Shown here piece by piece: positions 1-10,500 of a DNA stretch of 20,000 nt; the first letter of the stretch is position 1, and the number at the start of each line of letters is the position of its first letter. Location of the stretch: assembly GCA_001724245.1 (NCBI GenBank), contig MEDX01000006.1, forward strand, positions 45,075 to 65,074, written 5' to 3'. A program made the position numbers and the translations under genes. The stretch comes from Fonticula-like sp. SCN 57-25 (lineage: Eukaryota). Under the pieces are notes generated by a model. The model was given only the letters and a program-made list of their open reading frames with translations, had not been told where the DNA came from and did no database searches.

Positions 1-4
1 GAAG

Positions 5-2331
5 ATGGGGCTGGACCGACCTAGTCCGACGATGGGCGTCGGCGGGGCGTCGTCCGGCAAGCTCCGCCACTGGCCTGTCTTATCGCGGGCTCGTACCTTA
101 TATCAATTTTTTGTACGACACCGCGTCTTGCAGCTTCTTGTGGTCACATCTTTGATCTTTGCCCTCGACAACCTGTTGTCGTACCCGGTGGAGTGGACCT
201 TTGGCCTGTTGACCACGGCGATGGCCGCGGCACACGCGTACCAGCTTGGCGCGTCGGTCCTTTTCCTCTACATCACCTTTACAATTGCCCTTGACTATAT
301 CGTACGCATCGCGTTTGGTCGCTCTTATTGAATACTTGTGGCCGACGGTGCTCACACGTCATGCGTGTCATCCAGGTGTTCATGCGGATCCCCTATGAGA
401 CGGCGGCCTACCTCGCCACGACGACCGTCTTCCTCCGCCTTGCACACCGGATAGTGGGGCTGCGCTCCATACCGGGGCTGCTTTTCGCGATCGCCTGCGT
501 TGTAGGGTTTCTCTATCGGCCCAGCATGCTGTCGATGGTCCACATGCCTCTGGCTGCCAGCCACTGCACAGGTACGCAGCCGTGCTCTCCTCCCCTCGCT
601 CAAACTCACGCGCGGCCCGCGAACAGTGTATGGCGTTGGGTGGATCTTACTATCGCTGTGCGCGCACATGTACTCCATGTTTGACGACTATTGCATGTCG
701 TTTGGGGTGCAGTCGATAGAGCGGCCAGTCGTCTACCTCGGCGACGTGTCGAGCACATCCCTATGTGTGTATTGGTCGCACGGTTCATTAAGCAAGTCAT
801 TTGTACAAAACTATCTTATCCAGATTAACGGCGAGAGCGCCGGCAAGGTATCCTTTGATGAATCAACGTACGCCAGGCTTTGCGCCGCGCACGGTAACTG
901 ACCCGTCCTCCGTTGCAGCGTTCTGCTTCAACACTTGACGCCGTCCGAGCTCTACAAAGTGTGCATTATTGCAAAGTCGCCGCGGAGTTCGATATCATCA
1001 CTGCCGCTCTTTGTGCGCACCGCGGCTGCATCAACGTCGCCGCCGTCCCCCTCGTCCCCCCAGCATGAGCCGGCGGCTGACGCGGTCGCTGAAGCGGACC
1101 CCGCGACCCCCGCGGCGGACGAAAGCCCCGCGCCAGAGTCGCTCGATGATTTGCGCGAGGAGCAGCGGGTGCTCGTGCAGCAGCGCGCCGAGCTCGAGCA
1201 GTCGCTCAAGGACCTCGAGGCGGCTTTCCACAAGGAGACGGAGGAGCTGCGCACCGACATTGCAAAGGTGCGCTTTGTCGGCACTGTTTCAGGCAAAGAG
1301 CTAACTTGTATTGTTTGTGTAGCTGAGGGATGCGCGCAAGCCCGACGAGGACAGCAAGCAGCGTCTCAAGCGGATGAAGGCCCTGGAAGAGGCCAAGGCA
1401 AAGTCGGACATTCAAAAGGCGCGGCTGGAGCGCGAGCTCAAGGGCGAGGCGGACCACGCGGTGACGCTTGCCCAGCGTCTCAAGGACCTTGAACAGGAGG
1501 AGATCGCCGACAAGGAGGCGCTCGAGACGCTCTCAAGGGAGCAGGCGGACTCGACAACCTACTTTGACGAACAAGTTGCCGCTCTCATGACGCGGTTAGA
1601 GGTACGCTTTCTCTCTTTTTTTTATGCAGATTCTCAATGGGATTGCTGCTTTGTAGGCTGCTCGCAAGCAGCTCGTCAAGCTGAACAGTCAGCTGGCGAC
1701 GCGCGCCGCACAGCGCGAGTCCTCTAAGCGGCGCGCGGCCGCTGCACTGGAGGAGCGTGACCGCGAGCTGGCCAAGCTCGAGCAGCTCACGAACGCGCAC
1801 AACGAGGCCGAGGAGCGCAAGCTGGCGTCGGCGCGCGAAACGTCGCTCCTGTACCTCGAGTACCAAAAGCTCAACGAGGAGAACAAGAAGCTGCACCAGA
1901 TGCTCCGCGAGGAAACGACGCGCAAGATGATGCTCATGGCCGAGCTGAGCAACGCCCGCAAGGCGCGCCAGGACGCTTTCTGGGCGCCCTCGTCGTCGGC
2001 GTCGTCCACCTCGTCGTCGCCGGCACCGGCCCAGGGGCAGCAGCCGTCCTCGTCGTCGCCCGTGTCGAGCCCGTTCCACGACAGCATCCTATCGTCCACT
2101 TCGTCGCAGTCGGCCTTTTCGCGGCCGTTCGGGCAGGGGCTCTTTGCGCAGACCGCCTTTTCGCCCGTCGTCTCGCGATCGATGTCGCCCTCGTCGTCGC
2201 CCCCGATGGACCCCATCGATTCGCTGCCGAACTCGGCGTTTGCGAACGGCAACCAGCCGCCGTTTCCACCGGCGTCAAACGACGGGGGCGGGATGAGCTT
2301 TTTCCGCTCGCCCTTTGCCTGGGGCAGCTGA
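5..2331 (+). CDS. Macoilin (TMEM57)-like multi-pass membrane protein with internal fibronectin type III domain and C-terminal coiled coil; 6 exons
   Basis: Introns 302-375, 572-626, 868-918, 1268-1322 and 1602-1656 (all GT..AG) join the ORF fragments into one frame ending TGA at 2329-2331. The N-terminal TM block (LQLLVVTSLIFALDNLLSYPVEW...MPLAASHCTVYGVGW) resembles macoilin (LKFLVVWALVLLADFVLEFRFEY...RPFAAHCIGY). C-terminal KLHQMLREETTRKMMLMAELSNARK resembles macoilin HLENSLSAETRIKLDLFSALGDAKR. The start (ATG 5 or 32, or upstream of the window) is uncertain. Confidence 0.7.
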
Positions 2332-2480
2332 GACGGCAAATTTTAGGCATCAACCTTATGCATGATTACTTTGTACATTCTTTTTGTCATAATAGAGCTC
2401 ACAACGTAAACCGGCGCAAGGCCTGCTCTACACCATTTCACAGTTTATTACAATGGGCCAGTGAAACACAATTCTACACA

Positions 2481-3559
2481 CTAGATGCCGAGGTTGGTGT
2501 TGCCGTCGAGGGGATTGTGGGCCGTCGCCTCCCCGCCTGCGCCCTCCTCCAAGCGATACACGGCGCTCCTCCTGTGCTGCATGACCGGCATCGCCGTCCG
2601 CACCTTTTCAAGCGCATCCAAGTCTATATCCGCCGTGGCCACGTCCGGCTCGCCCGCGCCGCCCAGCGCGGCCACAATCTTGCCCCACGGGTCCACCACC
2701 TGGCTCGTCTGTAAGAACCGCGCAAGGAAAAAGTAACGCGCCGCGCACCATTGAGTGCCCGTAGCTCTGCCTGTTTTCATTGTGCCGCCCCGCCTGCGCG
2801 CTCGCAATGACATAGCACTGTGTCTCTATCGCCCGTGCCCGCAGCAGCACCTCTGCATCATCACGTCAGCCAAACGCAGTACAATTAGAGGCAGTACCCC
2901 AGTGCGCCTCGCCCGTTGGCACTGTAAACGCCGAAGGAAAAGATAGAAGCTGCGCTCCAAGGCTGCGCTGCAGCAGAGATAGTTCGGCGAACCGCAGGTC
3001 GTAGCAGACCTGAAGGCCGAGCACGCCCATGGGGGTTTCGATTGGGCGGTGCACCTTGGGGCCGGGGCGGACGCCGGCAGACTCTTTCAGCGGCGACAGA
3101 CCCGCAAGCGATATATCAAATAGGTGCTATCAAAGTGGGAAGAAATATAGTGGTGAGCGGCGCGCGCGTGCCAACGACGCTACGCACCACTTTGCGGTAA
3201 ACATCGACGACGGATCCCGTCGAATCGATGAGGACGTGCGAGTTGTAAAAACGCGGGTCGCCGTCGTCGGGGGAGACGCGCTCGTGCACACCAATGGCAA
3301 CCATGATCCGGTGGCGCGCAGCAGCGGCGCTGATCACTGAAAGAAAGGGGCCGGTGAGAGGCTGCGCGAGGGACATGGCTTCCTCGCGCGATGTCGAAAT
3401 GTAGTCGGATGCCTCGGGGAGGAAAACGGCGAGGCTCCCAAGCGATGCTGCACGCTGGATAAGCGACTCGCACACCCGCAAGTTGGCCTCCACATCATTG
3501 GAAGAGCACATCTGCGCGACGGCGATGCGCCGAAGTGCCCGAGGAACCGCCGCCGCCAT
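2481..3559 (-). CDS. NIT1: Nitrilase-family carbon-nitrogen hydrolase, Nit1 / deaminated glutathione amidase type; 4 exons
   Basis: Catalytic triad motifs [16 protein letters not shown] and VCYDLRF are present, plus [33 protein letters not shown] and SYGHSMVVDPWG typical of Nit1. Introns 3127-3187, 2853-2897 and 2700-2748. Confidence 0.92.
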
Positions 3560-3750
3560 CACACCTGCACGGGCGATTCGTGGCGGGAAACAGTGTGATT
3601 GGTCAATTTTTACTCTCTGCTGTGCATCGATGTTCAAAAATTGTGAGCAGGACAAACGAGTATCCACTTTCCACATTGCATTAAGAAAATCTGACAAAAA
3701 CGTAACAACATAAGGTATAGGAACTGGTCGGCGCGTGCATAGCGTCGCTC

Positions 3751-6653
3751 TCAGTTGGCTGACTCCTCCGCCTTGTTGGAGCCCCACTTTGTCTTGTGCT
3801 GCTCGTGGCCAAAGCCCTCGTCGTAGTTGCCCTTGAGCGCAAAGAGCTGCTTAAAGTGGGGCTTGCAAAAGTAGGTGCCGCGAATGGCGGCGTAGCTGCC
3901 GAGAGATAACGTGCGGTTGCACTCGTGGCAGCGGAGGCACGTCTTGTGGAAGACCTTGCCGTCCGCGCGCAGCTCGTCCATAGGATAGACGGCCTTGTTA
4001 CATACCTCGCACGACGGCGACGCAGCGGCGCCGTACTTGCGGGCGGCCACGGGGGCCTTGGTCTCGGCAGCGGCGACCGCGGCGGCGACCGGCTTGCTGG
4101 CGACCTCGGGCTTCACGGCAGCGACCGTCGGCTTGGCGGCGGTGACCGCGGGCTTGGCCGCCGTAACAGCGGGCTTCTCGGCCTTTTCGGGCTTCTCGGC
4201 GACCTTTTCAGCGGGCTTCTCCGCCTTGGGCTCGGTGTGCACCACGGCATCAACAACCTTCTGCTCCTCAATCTCTGCCTTGATATCGGTGTGCTCGTGC
4301 TTAATCTCGTGCTGCGGCGGCGGCCACACCTTGCCAGCAATGCCGACGGGCTTGGCCACGGGCTCCTCCTTCTTGGGCTCCTCCTTCTTGACCTCCTCCT
4401 TCTTGACCTCCTCCTTCTTGGGCTCCTCCTTCTTGGGCTCCTCCTTCTTCACGACAACCTCCTCCTTCTTGGCGGGAGCCGTCGACGTCGGCACAAAGCT
4501 CTTGATGGCGGCCGTGACGATAACTTCAGGCTTGGCGTCGGCGTGATCGCCGTCCTCCTTGCCCCACTGCGTCTTGTGCTGCTGGCGGCCAAAGCCCTCG
4601 TCATAGTTGCCCTTGAGCTTGAACAGCTGCTTAAAGTGCGGCTTGCAGTAGTACTGGCCGCCGAGCGCGGCAAACTTGCCGAGCGACAGGACGCCCTTGC
4701 ATTCGGCGCAGCGGAAGCACGCCTTGTGGAAGACAATGTCCTCGACCTTGATCGAATCGAGCATGTAGGCGGCCTTGTTGCACACCTTGCACAGAGGGTT
4801 GGAAGGCGCGGGCTGAAAAATGCAGTGGGTTAGAAAATCGCAAACAGAAAGTAACCAAGACAAAAGCGCACCACGCGAGAGAACGCAGCGACGCGCTTGG
4901 CCGTGATCGACTCCTCAGCCGCGGCGGGCGCAGCGGCGGCAGGGGCGGCGGCGGCGTCCTCGACAACGCTCGTGGGGCGCGCGGCAGTGGACGACTTGAG
5001 GCGGCCACGCACAGAGGCAAACTCGCTCGCCTCCTCGGCCTCCTTGGCAGCGTGATCCGCCTTGGCCTTGACCTCGGCCTTGCGCTCCTCCTCGCGCTTG
5101 CGCTGAGCCTCCTCGGCCTCCCTGGCCTTGGCCTCGGCCGCGGCCCTCTCCTCGGCCTTCTTCTGGGCATCCTCGGCCTTCTTGTGCTCGTCCGACTCCT
5201 TCTTGGCCTTCACCTCAGCCTCAAGGCGCTCCTCGGCCTTCTTCTTGGCCTCGGCCTCCTTCTTGGCCTTCTCCTCGGCCTCCTTTGCCTTTGCCTCGGC
5301 CTCCTTCTTGGCCATCGCCTCGGCGGCCTTTGCCTTGGAGCGCTCAAGGGCGGACTCCTTCTCCTTGTCGGCCAGGGCGGCGGCGGTCGCGGCGGACGCC
5401 TCAGCCTCCTTCACCGATGCATCAATCGCGTGCTGCTTCTCAACAGTGGCGTAGTCGGCAGCGTCAGTAGCCTGGGCCTTGGCGATCTCGACGGCATCAT
5501 CGATGGCGTGCTGCTTCTCGGCATCGGCGTAGGCGGCGGCGTCAGTCGACTCGGCCTCGGCATAAGAAAGCTTCTGCTGAGTCTGCTCGTCCTTCTCGGC
5601 GACGGCGAGCGAGGCGGCACGAGCGGCCTGGAACTCGGCAACCTCAACAGCCTCGTCAATAGCATGCTGCTTCTCGGCATCGGCGTAAGCAGCGGCGTCG
5701 GCAGCCTGGGCCTCAGCGTTATCAATCTTCTCCTGAATCTGCTCGTCCTTCTCGGCGACGGCAAGGGAGGCGGCACGGGCGGCCTGGAACTCGGCGACCT
5801 CAACAGCCTCGTCAATAGCATGCTGCTTCTCAGCATCGGCGTAAGCAGCGGCGTCGGCAGCCTGAGCCTCAGCGTTGTCAATCTTCTCCTGAATCTGCTC
5901 GTCCTTCTCGGCGACGGCAAGGGAGGCGGCGCGGGCGGCCTGGAACTCGGCAGCCTCAACAGCCTCGTCAATGGCGTGCTGCTTCTCAGCATCGGCATAG
6001 GCAGCGGCGTCGGCAGCCTGTGCCTCAGCGTTGTCAATCCTCTCCTGAATCTTCTCGTCCTTGTCATTGACAAAGTACGACGCAGCGCGGGCGGCCTGGA
6101 ACTCAGCCTCTTCGATGGCATGCTCCACGATCTCCCTGCGAATCTCCTCCTCGGCCTCCACCAGCTCGTAGTCGTCCTCAATCAAGTGCGCCTCGATGGC
6201 GGCCTCAACCTCGGCCTCCACGGCCTCCTCGATCTCGCGGTCGTGCTCGGCATCGAGATTCTCGTGCAGCTCAAAGGTCTCCTCCTCGTTGGTCTCGGCG
6301 ACCTTCTCAAGCGAGTCGGCCTCGACAATATCGTCGGTCGACTCCTCGACCTCGATTTCGTCGTCGTCGCCCTCGAGCTGCTTCTCGATCGCCTCGCCGA
6401 TCGCCTCGCCGACGACGCCCTCGACGGTCTTGATGATCTCTTCAGAGATCTCGACGCGCGACGAGTCGGCCTTGGGTGCCTCGAAGGGATCAGCATCCTC
6501 GTCGGCGAAAAGCTCGTCAAACTTGGCAGACGACTTTTGCTTGGCCTGCATCTTCTTGGTCTTGGGCGCCTCGGCGACGACCGGGCTGCTCATGACCTCC
6601 TCTGCAGCAGCAGCGACGTCGGCAATCAAAGCGTCGTCCTCGTGTTGCGACAT
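3751..6653 (-). CDS. ~947-aa probable actin-associated protein: acidic N-terminus, helical 26/52-aa tandem repeats, E/K/A-rich charged helix, two EPLIN/LIMD2-type LIM domains; 2 exons
   Basis: Exon 6653-4872, intron 4813-4871 (GTGCGC..CTAAC..TTTCAG) and exon 4812-3751 are in frame. Each LIM domain (CxxC...FHKxCxRCxEC...Y[YF]CKPH) is followed by [24 protein letters not shown], the hallmark of the LIMA1/LIMD2/XIRP subtype. Confidence 0.88.
4360..4449 (-). repeat. Coding 15-bp tandem repeat, 6 copies of KKEE[P/V]
   Basis: The + strand shows (g[g/a]cctcctccttctt)-like units repeated 6 times, translating to [30 protein letters not shown] in the linker between the LIM domains. Confidence 0.9.
5328..6107 (-). 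repeat. Coding tandem repeat: four 156-bp (52-aa) units made of paired 78-bp (26-aa) half units, plus two degenerate half units
   Basis: The anchor ctggaactc recurs at 5628, 5784, 5940 and 6096, spaced exactly 156 bp apart. The unit is [26 protein letters not shown] + [26 protein letters not shown]. Confidence 0.93.
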
Positions 6654-6955
6654 TCAAACAGATACGGCAAATACGCAGCGCTCTCTCTGAATTACGAAAA
6701 AGGTGCAAAAATTACGGGGGAGCCTCGAGAGAAGGTCGTCTGTCCTCTTTCCTCTCCGCAGCAAAGGCCACCTGCGTAGCTGTCAACACACGAAAAAATG
6801 AGAAATTACAATGGTCTTGATTGGCTCGACGCGTTAAAACTTTGCGTGTTATTGGTGGATACCGCACAAGGTAATTTCTCTGTGAATCGCGGTTCAATTG
6901 CAAGAGAAGTGATTGACGCAGTGACTGCTTCGTTTGACCGGCCCAACCCGCCGCC
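6654..6955. promoter_or_regulatory. Divergent intergenic (probable bidirectional promoter) between the LIM gene and TRS23
   Basis: Head-to-head start codons at 6653 (-) and 6956 (+). The region is AT-richer and has ATTGG (reverse CCAAT) at 6820 and 6851, with CCGCCATG context at the TRS23 start. Confidence 0.55.
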
Positions 6956-7413
6956 ATGATCCTGAGCATCTACATTATTAACAAGGCAGGAGGCCTAATA
7001 TTTCAAAGCGACTTTGCCAAAATGACGGGGAAGCGGTCAGCGAACGACTACCTTGTCCTTGCCGGCACTTTTCACGGGTTCGGCTCTCTCTTGCGTTCTG
7101 TTTTTGTCGATGTTCACCGGCGCCCCTGCTTGTTAGCGTCCATGCGATTACAGCAAAGATCTCGCCCGAGGTTGGTTCGGGCGGCATAGAAGTCCTCGAA
7201 GCGGACACCTTTACGCTCAACTGCTTCCAAACGCTGACCGGGACAAAGTTCCTTGTCATCACGACGACGAATCATCCCCACGTAGACTCGTTTATCCGCC
7301 GCCTGTACGAGCTGTACGCCGACTACGTCCTAAAGAACCCGTTCTACACACCCGAGATGCCCATCCGCTGCAGCCTCTTTGACGCCAACCTCTCAAAGAT
7401 CGTCAAGACGTGA
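6956..7413 (+). CDS. TRS23: TRAPP complex subunit Trs23/TRAPPC4 (sybindin/longin fold); 2 exons
   Basis: Translation shows IYIINKAGGLIF, NDYLVLAGTFHG|VHAITAKISP, SGGIEVLEADTFTLNCFQTLTGTKF and YELYADYVLKNPFYTPEMPIRCSLFD. Intron 7078-7136; stop TGA 7411-7413. The short form lacks the PDZ-like insert of metazoan TRAPPC4. Confidence 0.95.
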
Positions 7414-7565
7414 GGTTCTTTCTCTCTGGCGCCCCGCTATCCTCTTAACTTTCCGTGTATATTTAATGTAACATTATTGTGCTTACCTTCAACTATCCTG
7501 TACATATAGTACGCCGCCCAAATTGCGAAATCTAGACGACGAATTCTTGACCCGCAAAGAGAGTG

Positions 7566-10500
7566 TCACGTCGTAAAGCGCAGGCTTGAAGACCGCGACG
7601 GCCCCCTTTCGCTGACAGCGCCCGACGCGGACGGCGTGAGCGCCCCGCCGCTCCCCTTGATGAGCTGCGCCTTGCGAAAGTCGAGCTTGATCGTCGGCGC
7701 CGGGGCGGACGTCATCTCTGGCGAGTGCATCGCGCTCTGCTGGTGACTGGCGCTCGCCTGCGCAAGGCTGTCGCTTTCGAGCGTCTGCTGCTGCTTGACC
7801 ACCTCACACAGGTACTGCGCACCATCCGAGGTTAATCAGTGCCACATCAAGGCGTGCATGCGTACCTCGATAATGTCCCTGTCGTTGGGCGCCACGTCAA
7901 AGGTCGACCAGAACGCCTTGGCGCGCTCCACCATTGGCGGCGGATACTCAAACGACTCCCTTTCAGGCGCGCTCGTCGTGGGCGACTGCGGCCCTCTCTT
8001 GAGCGACGACGAGGACGACGTCCGGCGCGGGTCGTCCGCCGTCCCCATCGTCGTTGTCCGCGTCTGGTAATTCGGCGAGTCAAATTGCAGCGCCTGCTGC
8101 TCGAGGACGTCCCGCCGCGACAATCCAGACGGCTCGCGTGACAGCATGGCGCTGTGCGGGGGCGACGACGCGGGCGCCTGCACCTCGGGGGTGAGCGGCT
8201 GGCTGATGGCGCGGTCGCGCGACGACGATAGCAGTAGATGACTGCTTAGGGACGCCGGCGGCGGCGCCCGCGTTTGACTCGGGACCGCGGCGGGCGGCGG
8301 CGTCGGCTCGACGGCGCCCACACAGCACAGGTGATAGTAGAGGTACGCGCGGTGGCCCAGCTCAAGGAGGATCCGGTGGATGTGCGCCTGAAGGCCCTGG
8401 TCAGCCTGCCACACGCGTCAGCACACATGAAAAAAGCGTAAAAGCTCCTCAGAACGAACCTCCATCTTGGAAAACATTGCGTCAAGGTAGTGGCCGTGCG
8501 CGTACGGCGGCGCCATGAGTGTATCCGCCTCAACGTCCCAGAGCGACACGTACGGCTATCAAAGGCGGGTTAGCACGGCCATAAAGAAAAAGAAGCAGCG
8601 CACCTCAACGACCCGGGGCACTCGGTGGCGTTTGCTTAGACCGACGAGCTTGACCTTTGATAGCTCGTGGAGCGTCATGGACGACGTGCGCCACGGGATA
8701 ATCTAGGCAAGGGGCGTCAGCAAAGGCGGGAATGAGAATGGCGGCGCACAGTGCTGATCTGGGTGTGCCCGGGAACAAACATGGACAGCGCCATCACGTA
8801 CGAGCGCACAATCCTGCAAAACGGCAGCATCAGCAATGCAGATAATAAGTAAAAAAAGGCGCACATTTCGCTTTCACTCGACCCATAAATGACTACCGTG
8901 CGGCCCTTTAGCAGCGAGTACACCAGCGGCTTGATGAACGACGAATGGCGGCGGCGGAGATCGGCGATCCCGCAGCCCATTTTGTGATCCAGCGACCGAT
9001 GGCCCACTCGCTGGCTCGCTCTGTGGTCGCAAAACTGCCAAACGTGGTTCGAGTAGCTGGTGCGCAAAAGGGTTAGATCAACTCGAGCGGGAAAAGTGTT
9101 AATACCTTTGAATTGGCATCGGCTTATTGATCGTAAACCTTAAATTCTAGAAAGACAACACAAAAGTAATAAGCATTCACGCCCCCTTTCATTAAAAAAC
9201 GGACCTGAATGTGCCGCGAATAGTCGACGTGTTCAAAGGACTGCTTAAAAGCAAAGCTCCCTGTCCTCGACGGCGCATTCGAGCCGTACGGGTCCTCTGC
9301 CGCTCGTCCGTGAGCACTCTACAAAGGAAAGTAAAGCGCGTACCATCCCAGACATAATTCGAATACGGGTGCCGCTCCGGGTCCTCGAGCGCGTCCTCAT
9401 ACGACGACAGCGACGAGTAGTCACTCTCCTTGGCCGACGTGAACGACCCAATTGGCGACCCCCCATCAGCATACTCATCCGGTGGCCGCTGCAAGACATT
9501 GGAATAATTGCGTAAGCAAGGCGGTCCAATCAACCAATCAAAGAGGACGAACCGAAGGGAAAAGCACATTTCGCGAGAACGTAAACTCGATTGGCGACGC
9601 GTGTCCACGATCAACAGGTACATTGCTACAGCGCACCTAAGTCACACATACATATGGCGAGTGTACGTACCGGTACTGCGGGTCTATAAAATTGTTCACT
9701 ATCGTCCGCCCTATCGTCAGCAGCCCCGGCGCCGGCGCTACACACAACATCAGCCACACCCAAAGCACACACGCGCGCGCGTACTCATCATCGCCGCCTC
9801 TTCCTTCTCCGCCTGGATGACCATTGTCGGCCTCCTGAATGTCATGAGGATACGGTGCAGCTTGTTGACCGCCTGCCGGTACCCGTGGCCGCAGAGCAGC
9901 TCGATGGAGCGCAGCCGCGTGTCAAAGCGGCTGGCCCGCTGCAGGTAGTGGAGGAAGCGCGGCGGCGTTGGTGGCGGCGTAGAGTCCTTGGCGGCCTGCA
10001 GAGCTTGCTGGTCCTCAAGCGAGATGCTGCTGCGGCCCGCAGGATTGGCTGCAATTTCACAGTTAGGTGAAAAAGATGTATGCAGTGAGCGCGTACAGGT
10101 GCCGAGCGCGCTGGCGCTCTCCGTCAGCTCCAGCGGCGAGCTCGAAGACGACCCGAGCGCGCCGCTGCCGCCAAGGAACGACGCTGAGGACGCCATACGG
10201 CGCGAGGGAACACGCTGCCGGTACCGCGCGCGCTCCTGCTTTAGGCGTTCCGCAACACTCCGCTATCAGTCGGGTCAGCGGCGCAAAAACACGCAAAGAA
10301 TGGCGCGCACAATCATCACTTCCGTCTCGCGGATGAACGTGTCGATATTCGACGCGTCAATCTTTTGGTCGCCCTCCTCTGTCTCCTCCTTCAAGACCCA
10401 CACCGTCAGCAGTAGTTAAAAAACGCACACGCATCGTACCTCGGCAGGGATGCTAGCCTGAACTTGCGGGTCTTCCGACATGAGGATCGACTTTGTCAAG

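Noticed and set aside
1585..2353. Minus-strand ORFs of 139-216 aa over the end of the macoilin-like gene
   Set aside because: They are antisense to a well-supported coding exon, low-complexity, and carry no recognisable motifs.
3740..3850. Possible -1 frameshift fusing the LIM protein to NIT1
   Set aside because: The NIT1 frame is -1 relative to the LIM end and is open, but I found no XXXYYYZ slippery heptamer in the overlap, and both genes are complete on their own.
5328..6107. Regularly spaced repeats that could be mistaken for a CRISPR array or satellite
   Set aside because: The units are contiguous with no unique spacers, are multiples of 3, and vary mostly at synonymous sites, so this is a coding repeat in a eukaryotic gene.
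5052..6779. 575-aa Leu/Gly-rich ORF on the + strand (also 3925-4833, 302 aa)
   Set aside because: These are antisense shadows of the LIM gene. Strong GC3 bias and GAG/AAG/GCC codons remove stops on the opposite strand, and the translation is just the complement of E/K/A codons.
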